A DNA stretch of 64,000 nt, taken from contig OZ024742.1 in the NCBI GenBank assembly GCA_964016885.1, positions 222,084,001 to 222,148,000 of the forward strand. The letters are read 5' to 3'. This stretch comes from Eledone cirrhosa. Its lineage: Eukaryota. The position numbers were made by a program, and so were the translations under genes. Below are positions 25,891-40,440 of this stretch, in pieces. Each line of letters begins with the position of its first letter. Within the stretch, counting starts at the first letter, position 1. The notes beneath the pieces are model-generated. The model did no database searches. It saw only the letters and a program-made list of their open reading frames with translations, and was not told where the DNA came from.

Positions 25891-27258
25891 CAATGTCCAA
25901 TGATAATAGGGGTCAGTTAGAAATGATTTTAGTATATCTTTTAATCTAGTTTTACTTAGCTTCACTCAAATGTTAATCTTTTCGTGACCGTATTTCTAAT
26001 GAAATACACTATATTTCTAGTATTTAGTGGTGAAATAGGAAGGATTTAGTAAAATTATTCAGATTTAAATAAGAAACTATAAAATGGGTGGTTTTGTTTC
26101 ATAGAAACAAAGTCGATTTTGGCTGGGTTGGTATCAAAAGACTAAATGAAAATGTTTGAGATATTTTCTAAAATTATTATTACTAAGACAGTTACTTAAC
26201 ATACGGTTCTCTTATTAAATTATGTTGGAAGATTTTAATTTAAACAGAAATGGGTTATTTTACTTCATAGAACCAGAGCCAGTTCAGACCGGGTTGGTAT
26301 CATAAGAGTTAATGTACATGCGCTATGATCTAGCTATTTCTGCTTTCTTCATTTAACAAGATGGCCGCCACTGCTACCGGATATTGTGTTCCGGCTGCTG
26401 ATGATAAGATCTGGTGCTATTCACTGTTATTCCGTCGATTTGCCTCTATTAAATAGTTATTTAATTATATATTAAATGGGTCGAAGTGACGGAATTACAT
26501 TCTTTACTTCAAAATAAAAACATAAAATCTCGTCACTCAAAAGTTGCAGACTGAAGTAATGATGATAAAAAAAGAAAATAAATATGTAAATAAAATGAAG
26601 TCGAATTTTAAAATGTGAAGCTATGAGATAGAATAGTTCCCTTTCATGGCGTGCTTGCAAATTAATTCCCTACGCATGAATTAAATTAGAGAATCCTTGT
26701 TGCTGCTGTTTTTGTGTTGGACATCCGTCGGTTTCGACGAGGACTGTTTCAGTTGATCAAACAAAGGAACAGCCTGTTCTTGGAATTACCAGGGGAGCAG
26801 GGGCCTGGGACAAATACCGCAAACCATTCCGTCTGATTCTTTAATAGCAGTTCAACGAAGCTACCGCTCCGTGCATTAGTACTTTATTTATCGACACCGG
26901 AAGGACGAAAGGCAAAGTTGACCTGAGTGAAGTTTGAACAAATATCGTAAGGTGTGTAATCTTACGTTTTGACGTCTCATGTACAGGCACATGGCTATCG
27001 TGAGAGGAACACTCTAACCACGAAGCCACGCTCCTTCACTTATGCATATATACACTAACACACTACATACATACGTATATATACATACATAAATACATAT
27101 ATACATATATATACACACATACATATATAAATACATGCATATATACATACATACACACATACATATATACATACATGTATACATACATACATACACACAT
27201 ATGCATACACAGATATATACATACCTGCATGCATGCATATATGCATACATACACATAC

Positions 27259-27312
<54 letters not shown>

Positions 27313-27314
<2 letters not shown>

Positions 27315-27421
27315 CGAAGGAAATGTGGTAAGGAACCAGATGGACCATAACGCACCAAAGTACTCAATACTTAGGGTAGTAGAGTGGGTAATAGGAACGT
27401 CGGGGTCATACCTGTTCCTAT
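27313..27421 (-). mobile_element. Family B PLE-tail element with minimal inverted arm
   Basis: Tail followed by gtcggggtcatacctgttcctat. Confidence 0.75.
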
Positions 27422-28169
27422 ATATATATATATACATGCATACAACCATACATATTACATATAGACATACATACATAAATACTACATAAAAACATACATA
27501 CATACATACATACATACATACATACATACATACATACATACATACATACGTACATATAAACATCATACATACATACATACATACATACATACATACATAC
27601 ATACGTGCATATAAACATCATACATACATACATACATACATACATACATACATACATACATACATACATACATACATACATACATACATACATACAAGTG
27701 TGCGTGTAAAGACAGATTGACAAGTTGATTCTTGAATTTTGGAAGGATGATAAAAGAAGATATAATTCTTCTAGGTGAGTGTTGGAATATGGTCGTTATT
27801 ATTATATTTATAGTATAGTAAACCTTTAAGAGGAAATGTAGTGGTGGTAGGGTGAGGGTGTTGAACAACAACAACAACAACTGTATCATATGGATGTATT
27901 GATGTTAAAACAATATAGCCTGAGAAAAACAATGGAAATAAATAGTGTTGTGCCGTGTTACAATTTGAAGCTGATCAGCAGACGTGAATACAAATCTTGA
28001 AGATTAATTGTGCACGAAATGGAAGAATATGTAAAAGATGAAAAAACAAGAAATATAATTTAATCTAATTACAAGACAGAGTATAACAAAAGAATTGGAT
28101 GAAGACCTACTGGAATGGTTGTGGTGTTAATTCTCAATGGAGTTTTTACGTTTAAAATTATTCGTTCAC

Positions 28170-28205
<36 letters not shown>

Positions 28206-28325
28206 TAATAAAATAATGAATAAACAAAGAAACAGTTCCTTATATTAAAAAAAATTCATCATTTTACGATCGTTTCTAGGATATATATGTGTTAGAGTTG
28301 GTATGCATATTCTATAGATCTATGT

Positions 28326-28412
<87 letters not shown>

Positions 28413-28416
<4 letters not shown>

Positions 28417-28524
28417 GGAATAGAATGAAACGAAATTTCATTTCTCACTCTTAGTACGGCACTTACTTAAATGTAAATATGTATGTATACGTACATACAT
28501 ATATGTATACAGACGTACAGTAGC

Positions 28525-28589
<65 letters not shown>

Positions 28590-28757
28590 CAGGCACACAT
28601 ATATATATGCACGTATCAGTTTACCGAACATGTATTATAATAAATGTTCGGTAAACTGATACGTATATATATATGTGTGCCTGTATGTATATATATATAT
28701 ATATACATGCTACTGTACGTCTGTATACATATATGTATGTACGTATACATACATACT

Positions 28758-28761
<4 letters not shown>
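28413..28761 (-). mobile_element. Family A mini-element, truncated hairpin copy
   Basis: Tail gaatgaaacgaaatttcatttc, fold-back at ~28640, short arm ending catacttac. Confidence 0.75.
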
Positions 28762-28807
<46 letters not shown>

Positions 28808-28936
28808 TTAATGCCTGTCTATTTTTGATTCTTGACGTTTCTCTCATTCATCTATATCAGTCACTCGGCTGACAACACTTTGGTTGTCTTTTTATCCCTA
28901 TTCTTTCTCATTACAGCTTCTTACTTTCTTTGTCTG

Positions 28937-29048
<112 letters not shown>

Positions 29049-29073
29049 CTCTCTCTCTCTCTCTCTCTCTGTA

Positions 29074-29136
<63 letters not shown>

Positions 29137-29524
29137 ATTGCAGATGCGCATAAATATACTCATATATATGCTAAAACGTATTAAGTACTTATTATTCGTT
29201 AGACACACACACTACATCAACAGAAACACACCAGCACCAATACCACCACCACCACCATCATAAACACAGTACCTTCCACTAAAAGCTACCAGTATTAAAA
29301 ACAAAGCTATCAATTTATATAAAAAATTCAATGACTATTTCCAGTTCTTTCAGTCTCTAATATTTCGTCGATAAATTTTCTATAATTTATTGATATTTTT
29401 GTGAATGTGAAACTTCTTCATGATACGTTATGTCGTAAAATTTCTGTAGGAATCCTTAAGTATATATATGTAACGCCCGAAATATACAGTCTAAAAAATA
29501 GTCCGTTATTATTATTATTATTTT

Positions 29525-31710
29525 TTTTTATCTTGGTTTATGTTCATACGAGTTATCACCAAGTCACAACCAGTGACCTCAAGAGACAACAAGGTCCGCC
29601 ATGTTCAAGAAAGAACACATACACACATACATGTATCTTTAGGTGTTTAGACTTGTGATGTATTTATATTGACAGAATCTTCCTTAGTATATGGGCAGTT
29701 CCCATTAGTACTATCTTTTGTATTTCTTCTATACGCAGGTTTCCTGAGATTTGGGATAAATAATCATTAGACCCCTTAGGTATCATTCCTAGAGCGCCTA
29801 CAACCTCTGGTATTGTTTTAGTTCTTAACTTCCACATTTTTCCAATTTCTATCTCCAGGTCTTTATACTTGCTCAATTTTTAAAATGTTTTTATAGATAC
29901 ATTCTTGTCTATAGGCACGGACATGTCAATTAGCAGGCATACCCTCTTTTTAAAGTCCTTCAGTATTATATCAGGTCTATTTGCATATATTTTTCGGTCT
30001 GTTTGGATGCTAAAGGTCCACAGAATTGAGATGTGACGTTTTTCAAGTACGGGAGGTGGTTGATGCTCCCACCAATTCTTTTGATGGGGCAGGTCAAAAT
30101 GCTTACACATTACCCAATGTATGTATTGTGCCACTCTGTTGTGCCTGTTTAGAAATGCACATTGAAATTATATGATCGAGGGTCTCTGGTTGTTTTTTTA
30201 CATATACGGAATAATGGGTTGCGTCCATTTTTTATGATGCTGGCTTGATAATCTTTTGTTGCCAGACACTGATCTTGTGCTGATATAATCAGTCCATCAG
30301 TATCCAATTTCTGTCCAGAGGATGCCAACCACTGATGGGTTAAGGTTTTGTCAACATCAGGATTGTTAGCTCTTTCTGGGTATTTTCAATACAGAGGCTT
30401 TTCTTGCCATTTCTTAGCCAGTTTCTGTAGCAGTTCTTTCTTTGCAGTTACTTTTACCTGCTTTGCTTTTTCTGTGTTTTTCATTTCAGCAGTAAAGGGA
30501 ACTTCCGAAATGTGTAGTTCATTACCGTATCTTTGTGCATCTTTTGTAATGGAGTATGATCTTTTGATGCTTTCATGTTTCAAAACTAGGTTGATCATCC
30601 AATCATGTGCTTCCCTTAGATATGTAGATAATCCAATTGTTGCAGTTTTCAAAGTAATATCTAACTGGATTAATCCACGTCCTCCTTCTTTCCTAGGGAG
30701 ATATATTCTATCTGTATCTGCCTTAGGGTGATGTATTCTGTGCATGGTTAAGAATTTTCTAATTTTCGTATCAAGCCTACGGATCTCTGTGCTTGACCAG
30801 TTGATGACATTGACACTGTAAGTTACTACTGGTATGGCAAGCGTGTTTATGACATCGATCCTATTCCTTGCATTCAACTCATCTCTTAAGATTGCTCTTA
30901 CTCTGCGGTAACATTCCTTCCTTATCCTTTCCCTCATTGTCGAGTGCTTGATTCCATCTCCTTCACAAACACCTAGATATTTATAAGTTTCTTCTTGATC
31001 AAGTTCTCTTGTCACATTCCCCCGATCAAGATTAATGGCTGAACTGCTCAGCAGCTTTCTTCTGGTGAACGTTGCTTTGACGCATTTATCTAGTCCAAAC
31101 TCCATTTTAATACCATCACAGTGGATAATAGCCCTTGCAATTGCTCATCATTTTTTGCAAATAGTTTCAGGTCATCCATGTAGAACAAGTGATTAAGGGT
31201 TTTGTCATAGACTTTATATCCATGTTTTGTTTCATTGAGCATTTTACTTAATGGTATAAGTGCGATGCAGAATAAAAGCAGTGATAAAGAGTCACTCTGA
31301 AAAATTCCACAATTAATATTAACTTCTCCAGCTTCCAGTGATTTTTTTTCACTGTTCAAAATGAGTGCTGTTTTCCATGTTTTCATACTGAATGACAAAA
31401 ACCTCCTGACAACGGAAGATATTTTGAAAATCTCTAAACACTTTTCAATCCAACTGTGTGGCAAACTATCGAATGCTTTTTTGTAATCTATTCAAGCAAT
31501 TGATAGATTTTTAAGTCTATTATGACAATCTTTCCGTACCATTTTGTTAATCAAAAACTAATCCTTACAGCCATATGAGCCTCGTTTATATCCTTTCTGC
31601 TAATTGGGAAATAGATCATTTGTTATCAGGTGATCATATATATATTCAGTTAGGATTGATGTTAAGATTTTTATACATTGTGGTAAAGCAAATTATCGGT
31701 CTGTAATTTA
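29525..31710 (-). mobile_element. Old, decayed R4/Dong-type retrotransposon
   Basis: GIFQSDSLS, FYMDDLKL, YKYLG, GGRGL, NRPD..IDMSVP across several frames. (TAA)n at both ends. Confidence 0.88.
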
Positions 31711-31737
31711 TTATTATTATCATTATGATTATTATTA

Positions 31738-31912
31738 TTGGCAGTATCGGTAGAGGATCGGACGCCATGCTTTGCAGCAGAGTTACGGCCCTTTATGATC
31801 TGAGTTCAAATCCCGCCGAAGATAACTTTGCCTTTCATCCTTACGGAGTCGATAAAATAAAGTACCAGTAATACACTGGAATTATTGCTGGCCTTGTGCC
31901 AAAAGTGGAAAA

Positions 31913-31915
<3 letters not shown>
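31738..31915 (+). mobile_element. tRNA-derived SINE
   Basis: Same SINE core with (ATT)n tail. Confidence 0.85.
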
Positions 31916-31969
<54 letters not shown>

Positions 31970-32864
31970 GTATACACACACACACACACATACATATATA
32001 TATATGCGCGCTTCTTTTCATTCCCCCCACCCAATTGCGTGGTCCCTGAATTAGTTTAGTTTGTGAAATATGTAGTTAAGATTATTTTAGAGAGGCCGGT
32101 AAAAAGCAAGGTAGAAATACAAGAGTGAAACCTAGAGTAAAGTAAGATAAACAAAACAACAATGTCATAAAATCTAATGTAAAGGTGTAGCCTGTTGTTT
32201 TGTTTTGTTTTTCTTAACTCTACTATAGTTTTAACTATTGTATTTCTAGCTTACATTGTAGTAGTTGTCCTAAAACAACCATAACTACGTATGTATAAAT
32301 GTTGCAACATGTAGAGAACACCTTCTTCCACTTATACGCCTCATTCTCCCAAGCTGAATGATTTCAACTTATGTTTTGCTAAACTAGTTTTGTACATTTC
32401 TTGTTCTGACCACACTAAGAAAATGACTAAACCTGTATTCTACACTACACAGTCCATATTCACCCACGCTAAAATCACGTGACAAGTCATAACACCATGC
32501 AACCCTCTTCAGTGCTTTGAATATTTCCACAACGCTGCTTAGCATTAAAGATGTTTAGTGGTTTATTTATTGATTGCAGGAAATTAGTATTTGTTTAATT
32601 TGATAATACAAATTTGTATAAAACTGTGATCCTTTAAGTAACATGTCTCTCCTGGGCTTAATCCCTATGTGGAAGCTTAGCTGGCTTTAATGGTAGAGCT
32701 AACCATGGCAGCAGCTGATGACACACAATTGCTTGTATGGAAACTTCCCAAACGTAAGTAGGATGATCAGAAAACAATGATTCCATTTATCAGAACATTG
32801 TGTACGACATCCAGAAGAGGAAGTGGAATCCAGAGTGGGAAAATATGGTAGACTTCATGTCATA

Positions 32865-33428
32865 TACAGTAATAATCGGAAGCAGGATACTGGCCTGGAA
32901 TCTATCAAGGAACTGAAGATGACAATGATGGACAGAGAAGTGTAGTGAATGTCATGACACATACATTGACAACTTGAAGCGAGACTGACCTAGAATCTAT
33001 CCAGGAACTGGAGATGACAATGATAGACAGAGAAATGTGATGGACGTCATGTCACAAATATTGACTTGAAGCAGGATACTGGCAGTGATATGACATTGAT
33101 AGACAGAGAAGTGTGGTGGACGTTATGTCACATACGTTGACAACTTGAAGCAGGATACTGGCCTGGAAGATGGTAATGATGGTCAGCGAAGTGTGGTGGA
33201 CGTCATGTCACATACGTTGACAACGTGAAGCAGGATACTGGCCTGGAAGATGGCAATGATGGACAGAGAAGTGTGGTGGACGTTATGTCACATACGTTGA
33301 CAACTTGAAGCAGGATACTGGCCTGGAAGATGGCAATGATGGACAGAGAAGTGTGGTGGACGTTATGTCACATACGTTGACAACTTGAAGCAGGATACTG
33401 GCCTGGAGGATGGCAATGATGGATAGCG
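32865..33428 (+). repeat. 80-bp tandem repeat derived from an RTE C-terminal coding segment
   Basis: gaagcaggatactggcctgg recurs at 33147, 33227, 33307 and 33387. It translates TYVDNLKQDTGL..AMMDREVW, like 23101-23346. Confidence 0.8.
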
Positions 33429-34470
33429 CAGACAACTATTCAGGAAATAGTATTATAAACTAATAAATAGTTGTTACTGAGTTGTTACGCTTTGATAAAG
33501 CGAAATATATAGAACATTATATTTAAAATATTTCCGTCAGATGGTGGATCATCTGTCGGTTGCGACAATGAGTACTCAGTTGTTCGATTAACTGAACGTC
33601 CGACTCATGAATTACCGATTAAGTGGTTAAGTATTCTACTAACACATGTAACCATAACGTAATTCTCAAGCAGAATGAACGACACAATGTGACAAGGTTA
33701 GATCTTTGAATTACAGGTACATAATGTAAATGATGGATTATTCCACAGACACGTGTACCATTAACCTGTTCATTCATAAATACATATATGCAATCATGAT
33801 GCATACATACATGCATACATACATGAGGGCTGTGCAACTCGATTTCGAGTAATGCCATCGCTTGATACTTAAGCATGAGCATCACGGATGTGGCTTCCTA
33901 GTCCTGCTAGGGACTTTCCTATGGCCAGCAATACCATGCATCACAAAAAAGTGTCACATATCAAGTGATGCCTGCGTTTGAAGCTTTTCTAAGTGAGGAA
34001 AGGCTTTGCACGGGGCCAATCCCACTCTCTGAATATCGAATGCATTTACTCAAAAAGTAGAACTGGTCTACATCATTGTATGAAAACGAAATCGGAGATT
34101 TTATATCAGAGTGACCTTCTAGAGATATGCCTTAATGAAGGCAAGGAGTCTCTCGCTCCAACAAAAAAATATTTTATTGGATGGCCGTTGACTCTCCTGA
34201 GTTCCTCTGCCTTATGACGGGTTTTGTTTTTCATCCCGCAGGTTTTCCAAAACCCCCCTCCTCACCAAGCAAGCTTGGTGGGGTTACCGACACACAAGCA
34301 TATATATATATTTATATACTTACACACGAACTACTGACTAAATAATATTTGGTATCAATGGGTTAAAGACATCTGTCAAATAAATGAGAGGTGTAGGTAG
34401 TGTATATATATATATATATATATCAATAATATATATATATATATATAATATTGCTTATATATATATATAT

Positions 34471-34814
34471 AAAGGTTTAGCAAGTAGAGAAAAGGGTTAA
34501 AACAAATTTCAAAACGTTCGCTGTACTTGTGCCTTTATATGTGCAAATAAACAGATAATCCAAGCGGGTTTTCATTGAGAAAGGGATTTTCGTCAGAAGG
34601 CTTTTCTCGCTCGGAGAATATAAAATTCTCGAGTTCAAATCACAAACTGGTGCCATACAAAACTGTTCCTGAATGAGAGTGAAACCTTGATTTTATATGT
34701 TCTGGCTTGTTAATTTATTAACCTGTCATAGAACCACGGTTGGACAATAGGTATACGGTTGGACAATACTTGTATCCCTATATGTATTTGTTTACATGTA
34801 GGAACACATACCTT

Positions 34815-34820
<6 letters not shown>
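34471..34820. mobile_element. Family D HHR mini-element, inverted-arm copy
   Basis: Antisense arm 34471-34680 with a decayed HHR, then sense tail 34681-34820. Homologous to 49119-49431 and 54470-54902. Confidence 0.7.
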
Positions 34821-34910
<90 letters not shown>

Positions 34911-35141
34911 ATTTCTATTTATTTGCCACGAGGGCACAAAAGAAGGGGACATTTACACAGTGGGGGAGTTTACATAAATCGAGTAAAGAAAAAAGGAATA
35001 ACAATAATAATATAACAATAAAAAGTCCTCAAAAGGGAGGGGGCGTGTTGGGGATTGCACATACCCCCGAAAAGTGTGCAACTCTTTTCGCGGGGGAAGC
35101 CCAGAGAGGAGGCGCTCCCCCTTTCCTCTTCACTTCTTCAC

Positions 35142-38100
35142 CTACAGAACAATGTAGAGAGAAGGCCCATTTACACGGGCCATTCTCGCTTCTTTCACCC
35201 ACCTTTCATAAAACTGTCTGGGACCAAGCACTTCTCTCTCCATCCTGATTCTTCTTCCGAAGTGGTATCGGAAGAAGTAAACCAGGTGATGGCCGGAGAG
35301 AAAGTCACCCGACCTCAGACCTTTCAGGCGCGTCCACCACACAACCTCTTTCATCATGGCTATTACGCACAGAAAGACCGCCTCTGCTTCATTTCTGAAG
35401 GGAGGAGGCGGCTTGATGTTCACCACAGACTCGGCGGTTAATCGAATCGGCGCCACACGCGACAGCAGTCGTTCGACGTAGCCCCACAGATCGGCAACGC
35501 CCGGGCAGTGTACCAGTGCATGCGCAACGGTTTCCTCGTCGCGCACGCATCTGGGACAGATCTTTTTCGCGGGATCCCTGCCCGGGCGCCCGTGTCTGTA
35601 AAGCTTTTCTCGAACGGGCAGAGCCCCCCGGTAACACTGCCAGGCTAGGGACCTCTGGAAGTTGTCCATGGGTCCCGGGCCGAAAGTTCTACCGAACAGG
35701 CTGGCCAGTTCGTCCTCCTCCATGCCTAGCGACTCTCCAAGGGTGTCGTCGCCCCTGCTAGCCACCAACCCTCTATAGAATGTCGAGGTGGATTCTCCAC
35801 TGACAGTCGGGTCCGCTTGCCAGATAGCCGTGAGCGCCTGGGCACACTCAGTGTGCCAGTTGCCCAGTTTTCTCGGTCTTTGCTTCACCCAGGATTGCAG
35901 TTCGGTGAGCGAGACGAGCTGTGGGAAGGCTCGCCTCACAAACGGGGCCCACACCGGCTGACCGTTGAGGAATACCTGTAGATGCCGTAGCCTCAATGCG
36001 TGCCTACGCATCAACAGCCACGGCATACCCAGCCCTCCTTTCGAAGGGTGCTGGCAGCAGATGGATCTCCTCACCATGGGAGGCCGCTTCTTCCAGAGGA
36101 ACTGGAAGAGCATGCGTTCCATGATGGTGAGCTTTTCCTTGGGGTAAGGCACGACGGTCAGGCGGTAGTAGATGACGGACGCTATGTAAGCGTTCGTCAC
36201 CTCCGCCCGACCTTTCAGTGATAGTTTGCACTTGGCCCACTTCTGGGTCAGCGCAAACACCCTGCTCGTCACCTCGCCCCAATTCTTCTCCACCTGGAGG
36301 TCCGGTCCGAACCAGACCCCGAGCAGCTTCACCGGGCCCTCCGTCCACCGCCCGACGACACCGTCTAACGGCATCGGTTTGCCCCTCCACGTTCCGAGTT
36401 GCAAACCGACTGACTTGTCCTGGTTCAGCTTAGCCCCCGTCAGCCTTTCGTATTCCTCCAGTAGGGTGGCGATCGCCCCGATTTCCGAGGCGTCCGCCAC
36501 CATTACTGTTACGTCGTCGGCATAGGCCGAGACCGCTTTGTGCAATCCCGGTTCCAGGGGTATGCCCCGCAGCAACTCCAACTTCCGCAGCAGTGGCTCG
36601 AGAGTCAATACGTACAGAAGGGAGGAGAGGGGGCACCCCTGTCTGATGGATCGGGTGATTTGAAACGGCTCCGAGAGGTAGCCGTTTACTTTAATCCTAG
36701 AGTAGATGTTGCCACTGTGCATGGCAGAAATCCAGCCCCTGAAAACGGGTCCGAAGCCCGCCGCCGCTAGCACCGCATCCAGGTAACCATGGTCGACCCT
36801 ATCGAACGCCTTAGATTGATCCAAGTTGATCAGGGCCCCACCAAAGCCGGGTTCGTAGCCAACCCTCTCTATGATGTATCGCATGAGGTGGAGGTTGTCG
36901 TGAATGGACCTGGACGGGATAGCGCATGTCTGCGCGTCTCCCACCAAACCACCCACCACAAGCGCCAACCTCTTCGCCAACACCTTGGCCAAAATCTGTA
37001 ACTCTGCATTCAGCAGAGTTATGGGCCTAAAGTTACTTAAGTCGTCCCCCTTGCTCTCGTCCTTCCTCACTAGCGTGACCACGCCCTTGGTCACAGAACA
37101 GGGAATTCTCCCGTTCTGTTGCCAGTTGCAATAGACAGCCTCGAGGAGTTCGGAGAACAAGACCGGCATAGCTAAATAAAGTTCGTATGGTAGACCATCG
37201 AGACCCGGGGATTTGCGTCTGCTGCATTGGCTGAGCGCTTCCCCGATTTCAGTGGCTGTGATTGGCCCTTCGCAGCACTCCGCTTCGCCGCTCGAAAGAC
37301 GCGGTAGACCGTCGAGGTATGGACCGAAGTCCACATCCCCGTCCGGCCCCCCGCCACCTCCGAACAGTCGAGCAAAGTGCCTTTGAAAGGTCTCGCACAT
37401 TCGCTCAGGTTCAAGGATCACCCGTCCATCCTGGTCTCGCAAAGACCGAATGGTGGATTTAATCCCACTCTTGGCTTCTGTCACGCGGGCCCAGCTAACA
37501 GCTTTGGTCCCCTCGTTTCCTAAAGCACGTATTTTACTTCGGACAACGCAGCCTTCGTGCTTCGCGTCAAAGAACTGGCTCAATGCCGTTCTCGTCGCTA
37601 ACACTCTGGCTACGTCTCCGCTCCTAATCGCCTCTTCTAGTTTATCTGTTAACTCCCTTTCCCTCCTATTTCTATTCGCCGCTAGTTCCTTACTGTAACC
37701 TATCGAACTTACTCTAATCTCTCTCTTTAGAGATATCCACCACCTACTGTTGACGATCGCTCCCGTCAACCGCATCTTAACTAAGCTACTAATCCGGTTT
37801 CTGTAATCTTTCTTTGTCGGTAAGGACAAGTTCATCTTCCAGTAACCGGGACCCTGTCTATGCGTTCTATCAAGGTTGACCACGCAGGTCACTAATTTGT
37901 GATCTGAATAGCCAACCATGATCAGTTCTGGACAACTAAATACGTCCCTATCCTTACTCCTAACCAAAAACCTATCTAGGTACGATCTAGATTGTCCACT
38001 GCGGTTTGCCCAGGTCCAGGTTGGCGCAGTTGGACAATCTAGTCGAAATCTATCGACCAGGTCGAATCGATCGAGTAACCCCTTGAGGCTGCTACACCCC

Positions 38101-38581
38101 CTCTATCGGGACATGCCCCTGCATAGTCCCAACGCGCATCTAGGATTCCATTCCAGTCCCCCACTAAAAGCAGGGAACGCGACGTTCCTAGAAAAGTCTC
38201 CAGACGTTGGAAGAAGTCGGCTCTCTCCGCCCCGAAGGGAGCATAAAGACCGACCAGTCTGAAAGCCCCGCCTTCACCACCTCCGACGTCCAGCACCAGT
38301 AATCGACCCCCCGGGTCCGAGTGAACAATCTGTACGTTGAGAGTCAGACGTTTATCCAGCAGTACGGCAACTCCCCCCCCCCCGCCTCCGGGTTGACAGA
38401 GAGATGCGTGCATCTCAAAGTCATCGAAGGCGGGCGCCAGCTGTCTCACGCTGCTGATCCGACTCTCGCAAACAACCATCACATCTATACTTTGTGACCT
38501 GAGGTCACTTAGAAGCTTTGCTTGCTTCCAAGCTGAGCTCAGGCCACGCGCGTTCAAACAGCCAACTCTCAATTGATCTAT
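35142..38581 (-). pseudogene. LINE ORF2 (APE endonuclease, RT, zinc finger) with one frameshift near 38100 and ATA at the expected start
   Basis: LNARG, GDWN, SYLD, SDH, QGCPLS, AYADD, CPRC..HALVHC. 941 aa uninterrupted downstream of the frameshift. Confidence 0.9.
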
Positions 38582-40440
38582 TTTGGTGTTGAAAGTGAAG
38601 AAAGAAAAGCACTTACCTCTCCGGGTTGCGTAATTTCCATGGCATCAGGTGTGTTGGGTGGAGGGATGTTTTGTGGTGGTGTGGGGGTACACGTGTGTGG
38701 TGGGGTTGGGGTATTTGGAGTTGTGTCAGGGAGAGGGGCGGTTATGGGGAAATCTTTCAAGAGGACGCGATTCAACGGTTTTAAACAGGGGGGGCTCACG
38801 TCCCGTCTAAATTGTTCTTTTAAGGAACGATAAAGGTCCAGAGGGACCTTTATCATTTTTAAATGGGTGAAGTTCTCTGTTGAGATAAAGTTTGGCCCTT
38901 CGGTCTGCACCATAGGGTTATTGTTTATTAATTTAACCAGTTTTTTGTTTTCTTTATTTATATATGTGTATTGCAACGTCTTTTTTTGTGATGCTGTCAA
39001 TGTTTCGGAGAGGGGAGGCGCAGATTTATTTTTGTTTGTTGAGGGTGGGGTGTTTTTGATTGGAGTTGGTGTTTGTGTGTGGGTTATTTGTGGTGTGCTG
39101 GGTGTGTGTTTTCTTTTTTTTCTTTTAACTTGTCTGAAGGCTTCTCCTCCTTCTTCTTCAGAAGTTGGGGGAAACTCTTCAGCGCTAGGTGGGAGGGACG
39201 TGTTGTGTGGTTGTTTTTTTTTTGCGGGAGGGGTAGATTTGTTACTGTTTTTTTTATTATTTGTTTGGAATGGGTTTTGTGGTGGTGGTGGTGGTAATGT
39301 TTGTGTCGTGCTTGTGGTTGGTGATGGTGGTGGTGATGTTTGTGTTGTGGTTGGTGGTGGTGATTTTTGTGTCGTGCTTGTGTTTGGTGCTGGTGGTGGT
39401 GATGTTTGTGTTGTGTTTGTGGTTGGTGGTGTCTGTATTTTGTTTGCTGTGTGTGGTATTAGTGTATTTTTGGAGGTGGGTGGTGCTGGTGTACTGTTTG
39501 TGGTGGGTGTGGGCAATAGTCCTTTTTGGGGGATACGTTTCGGGCAGTTAGCCTTAACGTGTCCCCTTTCCATGCATAAATAGCATGCTGGTCTTCTCCC
39601 CTCTACAATTATGTCTATTGGGGTAAGGTCATCCAGCCAGATGCGATCCGGGATTTGTGCTATTCTTTCGGGCCTCATTTGGACTAGTATGTCGAGGCCC
39701 ATTCCCAGGAACGCATCTCCAGTTGCCTTCCCCATTGACAGCATAGTGTCTTCGCCCATATCAATGAAGCCAGCAATAGCCCACCAGAAGTCCATTGTGG
39801 GCAGCATTGTTTTTACTTTTACTCTCTGTGTTCTTCTACCCATGTAGGAGGGATAGAAGCTATATGTTGTCGACGAGAGTGGGCTTAGGGAAAGCTTCTC
39901 CGCCGTTTCTTTGTCTCTTGTTAGGACCGAAATGCTGCCATAGAGTCGGTCCTTTCGTATGAAGAGAATATTCTTCATATAGTCTTTTAGGACTAACTCT
40001 ATTTCCATTTGGCTGGGCTGTGCTGGCTTTCTTGTCTGGTTCAGTATAGTTCTGTATATAACTGTGTTTTCTGCTCTGGCTTTCTTGAATTCTGGGGGGG
40101 AGTTAATGGAAAACATTCCGTTCTCCCCCAAAACAATATGTTTCTTTGCTTCGGCCAGTTTTTCTCTGGCGGCAGTTAGGTCAATTGGTGTGTATGTAAT
40201 GGATTGCTTTGTTTTCTGGGCGAAAGTTGCCCTGTCGTTATTTGTATTATTTTCTGTTTGTTTGTTTTCTGTTTGCTCATTTTCCTTAACATTTGTTTTT
40301 TCATTTTGTTTGTTTGTTTCAATGTCTAATTTTGTTGTAATTATTTTTTGTTCTTCAGACTTGGGGGGCGTGGCAGAGCTAATGGCAGACATGTCTGCCA
40401 TCTTTTCCGCCATGCTGCCAAGAAAGAAATTTTTCGGCAA
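38578..40440 (-). CDS. LINE ORF1, gag-like protein with CCHC zinc knuckle and Pro/Thr-rich tail
   Basis: 620-aa open frame with CYLCMERGHVKANC, directly upstream of ORF2. Confidence 0.9.
   Translation of the reverse strand: MPKNFFLGSMAEKMADMSAISSATPPKSEEQKIITTKLDIETNKQNEKTNVKENEQTENKQTENNTNNDRATFAQKTKQSITYTPIDLTAAREKLAEAKKHIVLGENGMFSINSPPEFKKARAENTVIYRTILNQTRKPAQPSQMEIELVLKDYMKNILFIRKDRLYGSISVLTRDKETAEKLSLSPLSSTTYSFYPSYMGRRTQRVKVKTMLPTMDFWWAIAGFIDMGEDTMLSMGKATGDAFLGMGLDILVQMRPERIAQIPDRIWLDDLTPIDIIVEGRRPACYLCMERGHVKANCPKRIPQKGLLPTPTTNSTPAPPTSKNTLIPHTANKIQTPPTTNTTQTSPPPAPNTSTTQKSPPPTTTQTSPPPSPTTSTTQTLPPPPPQNPFQTNNKKNSNKSTPPAKKKQPHNTSLPPSAEEFPPTSEEEGGEAFRQVKRKKRKHTPSTPQITHTQTPTPIKNTPPSTNKNKSAPPLSETLTASQKKTLQYTYINKENKKLVKLINNNPMVQTEGPNFISTENFTHLKMIKVPLDLYRSLKEQFRRDVSPPCLKPLNRVLLKDFPITAPLPDTTPNTPTPPHTCTPTPPQNIPPPNTPDAMEITQPGEVSAFLSSLSTPK

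Noticed and set aside
25970-26315. Possible piggyBac-type MITE with TTAA ends
   Set aside because: Termini too degenerate to call.
26340-26450. AAGATGGCCGCC (YY1-like) as a host promoter or first exon
   Set aside because: Single short motif, with no supportable ORF or splice structure.
38867-39583. Antisense ORFs over LINE ORF1/ORF2
   Set aside because: Shadow frames caused by compositional bias of the sense strand.
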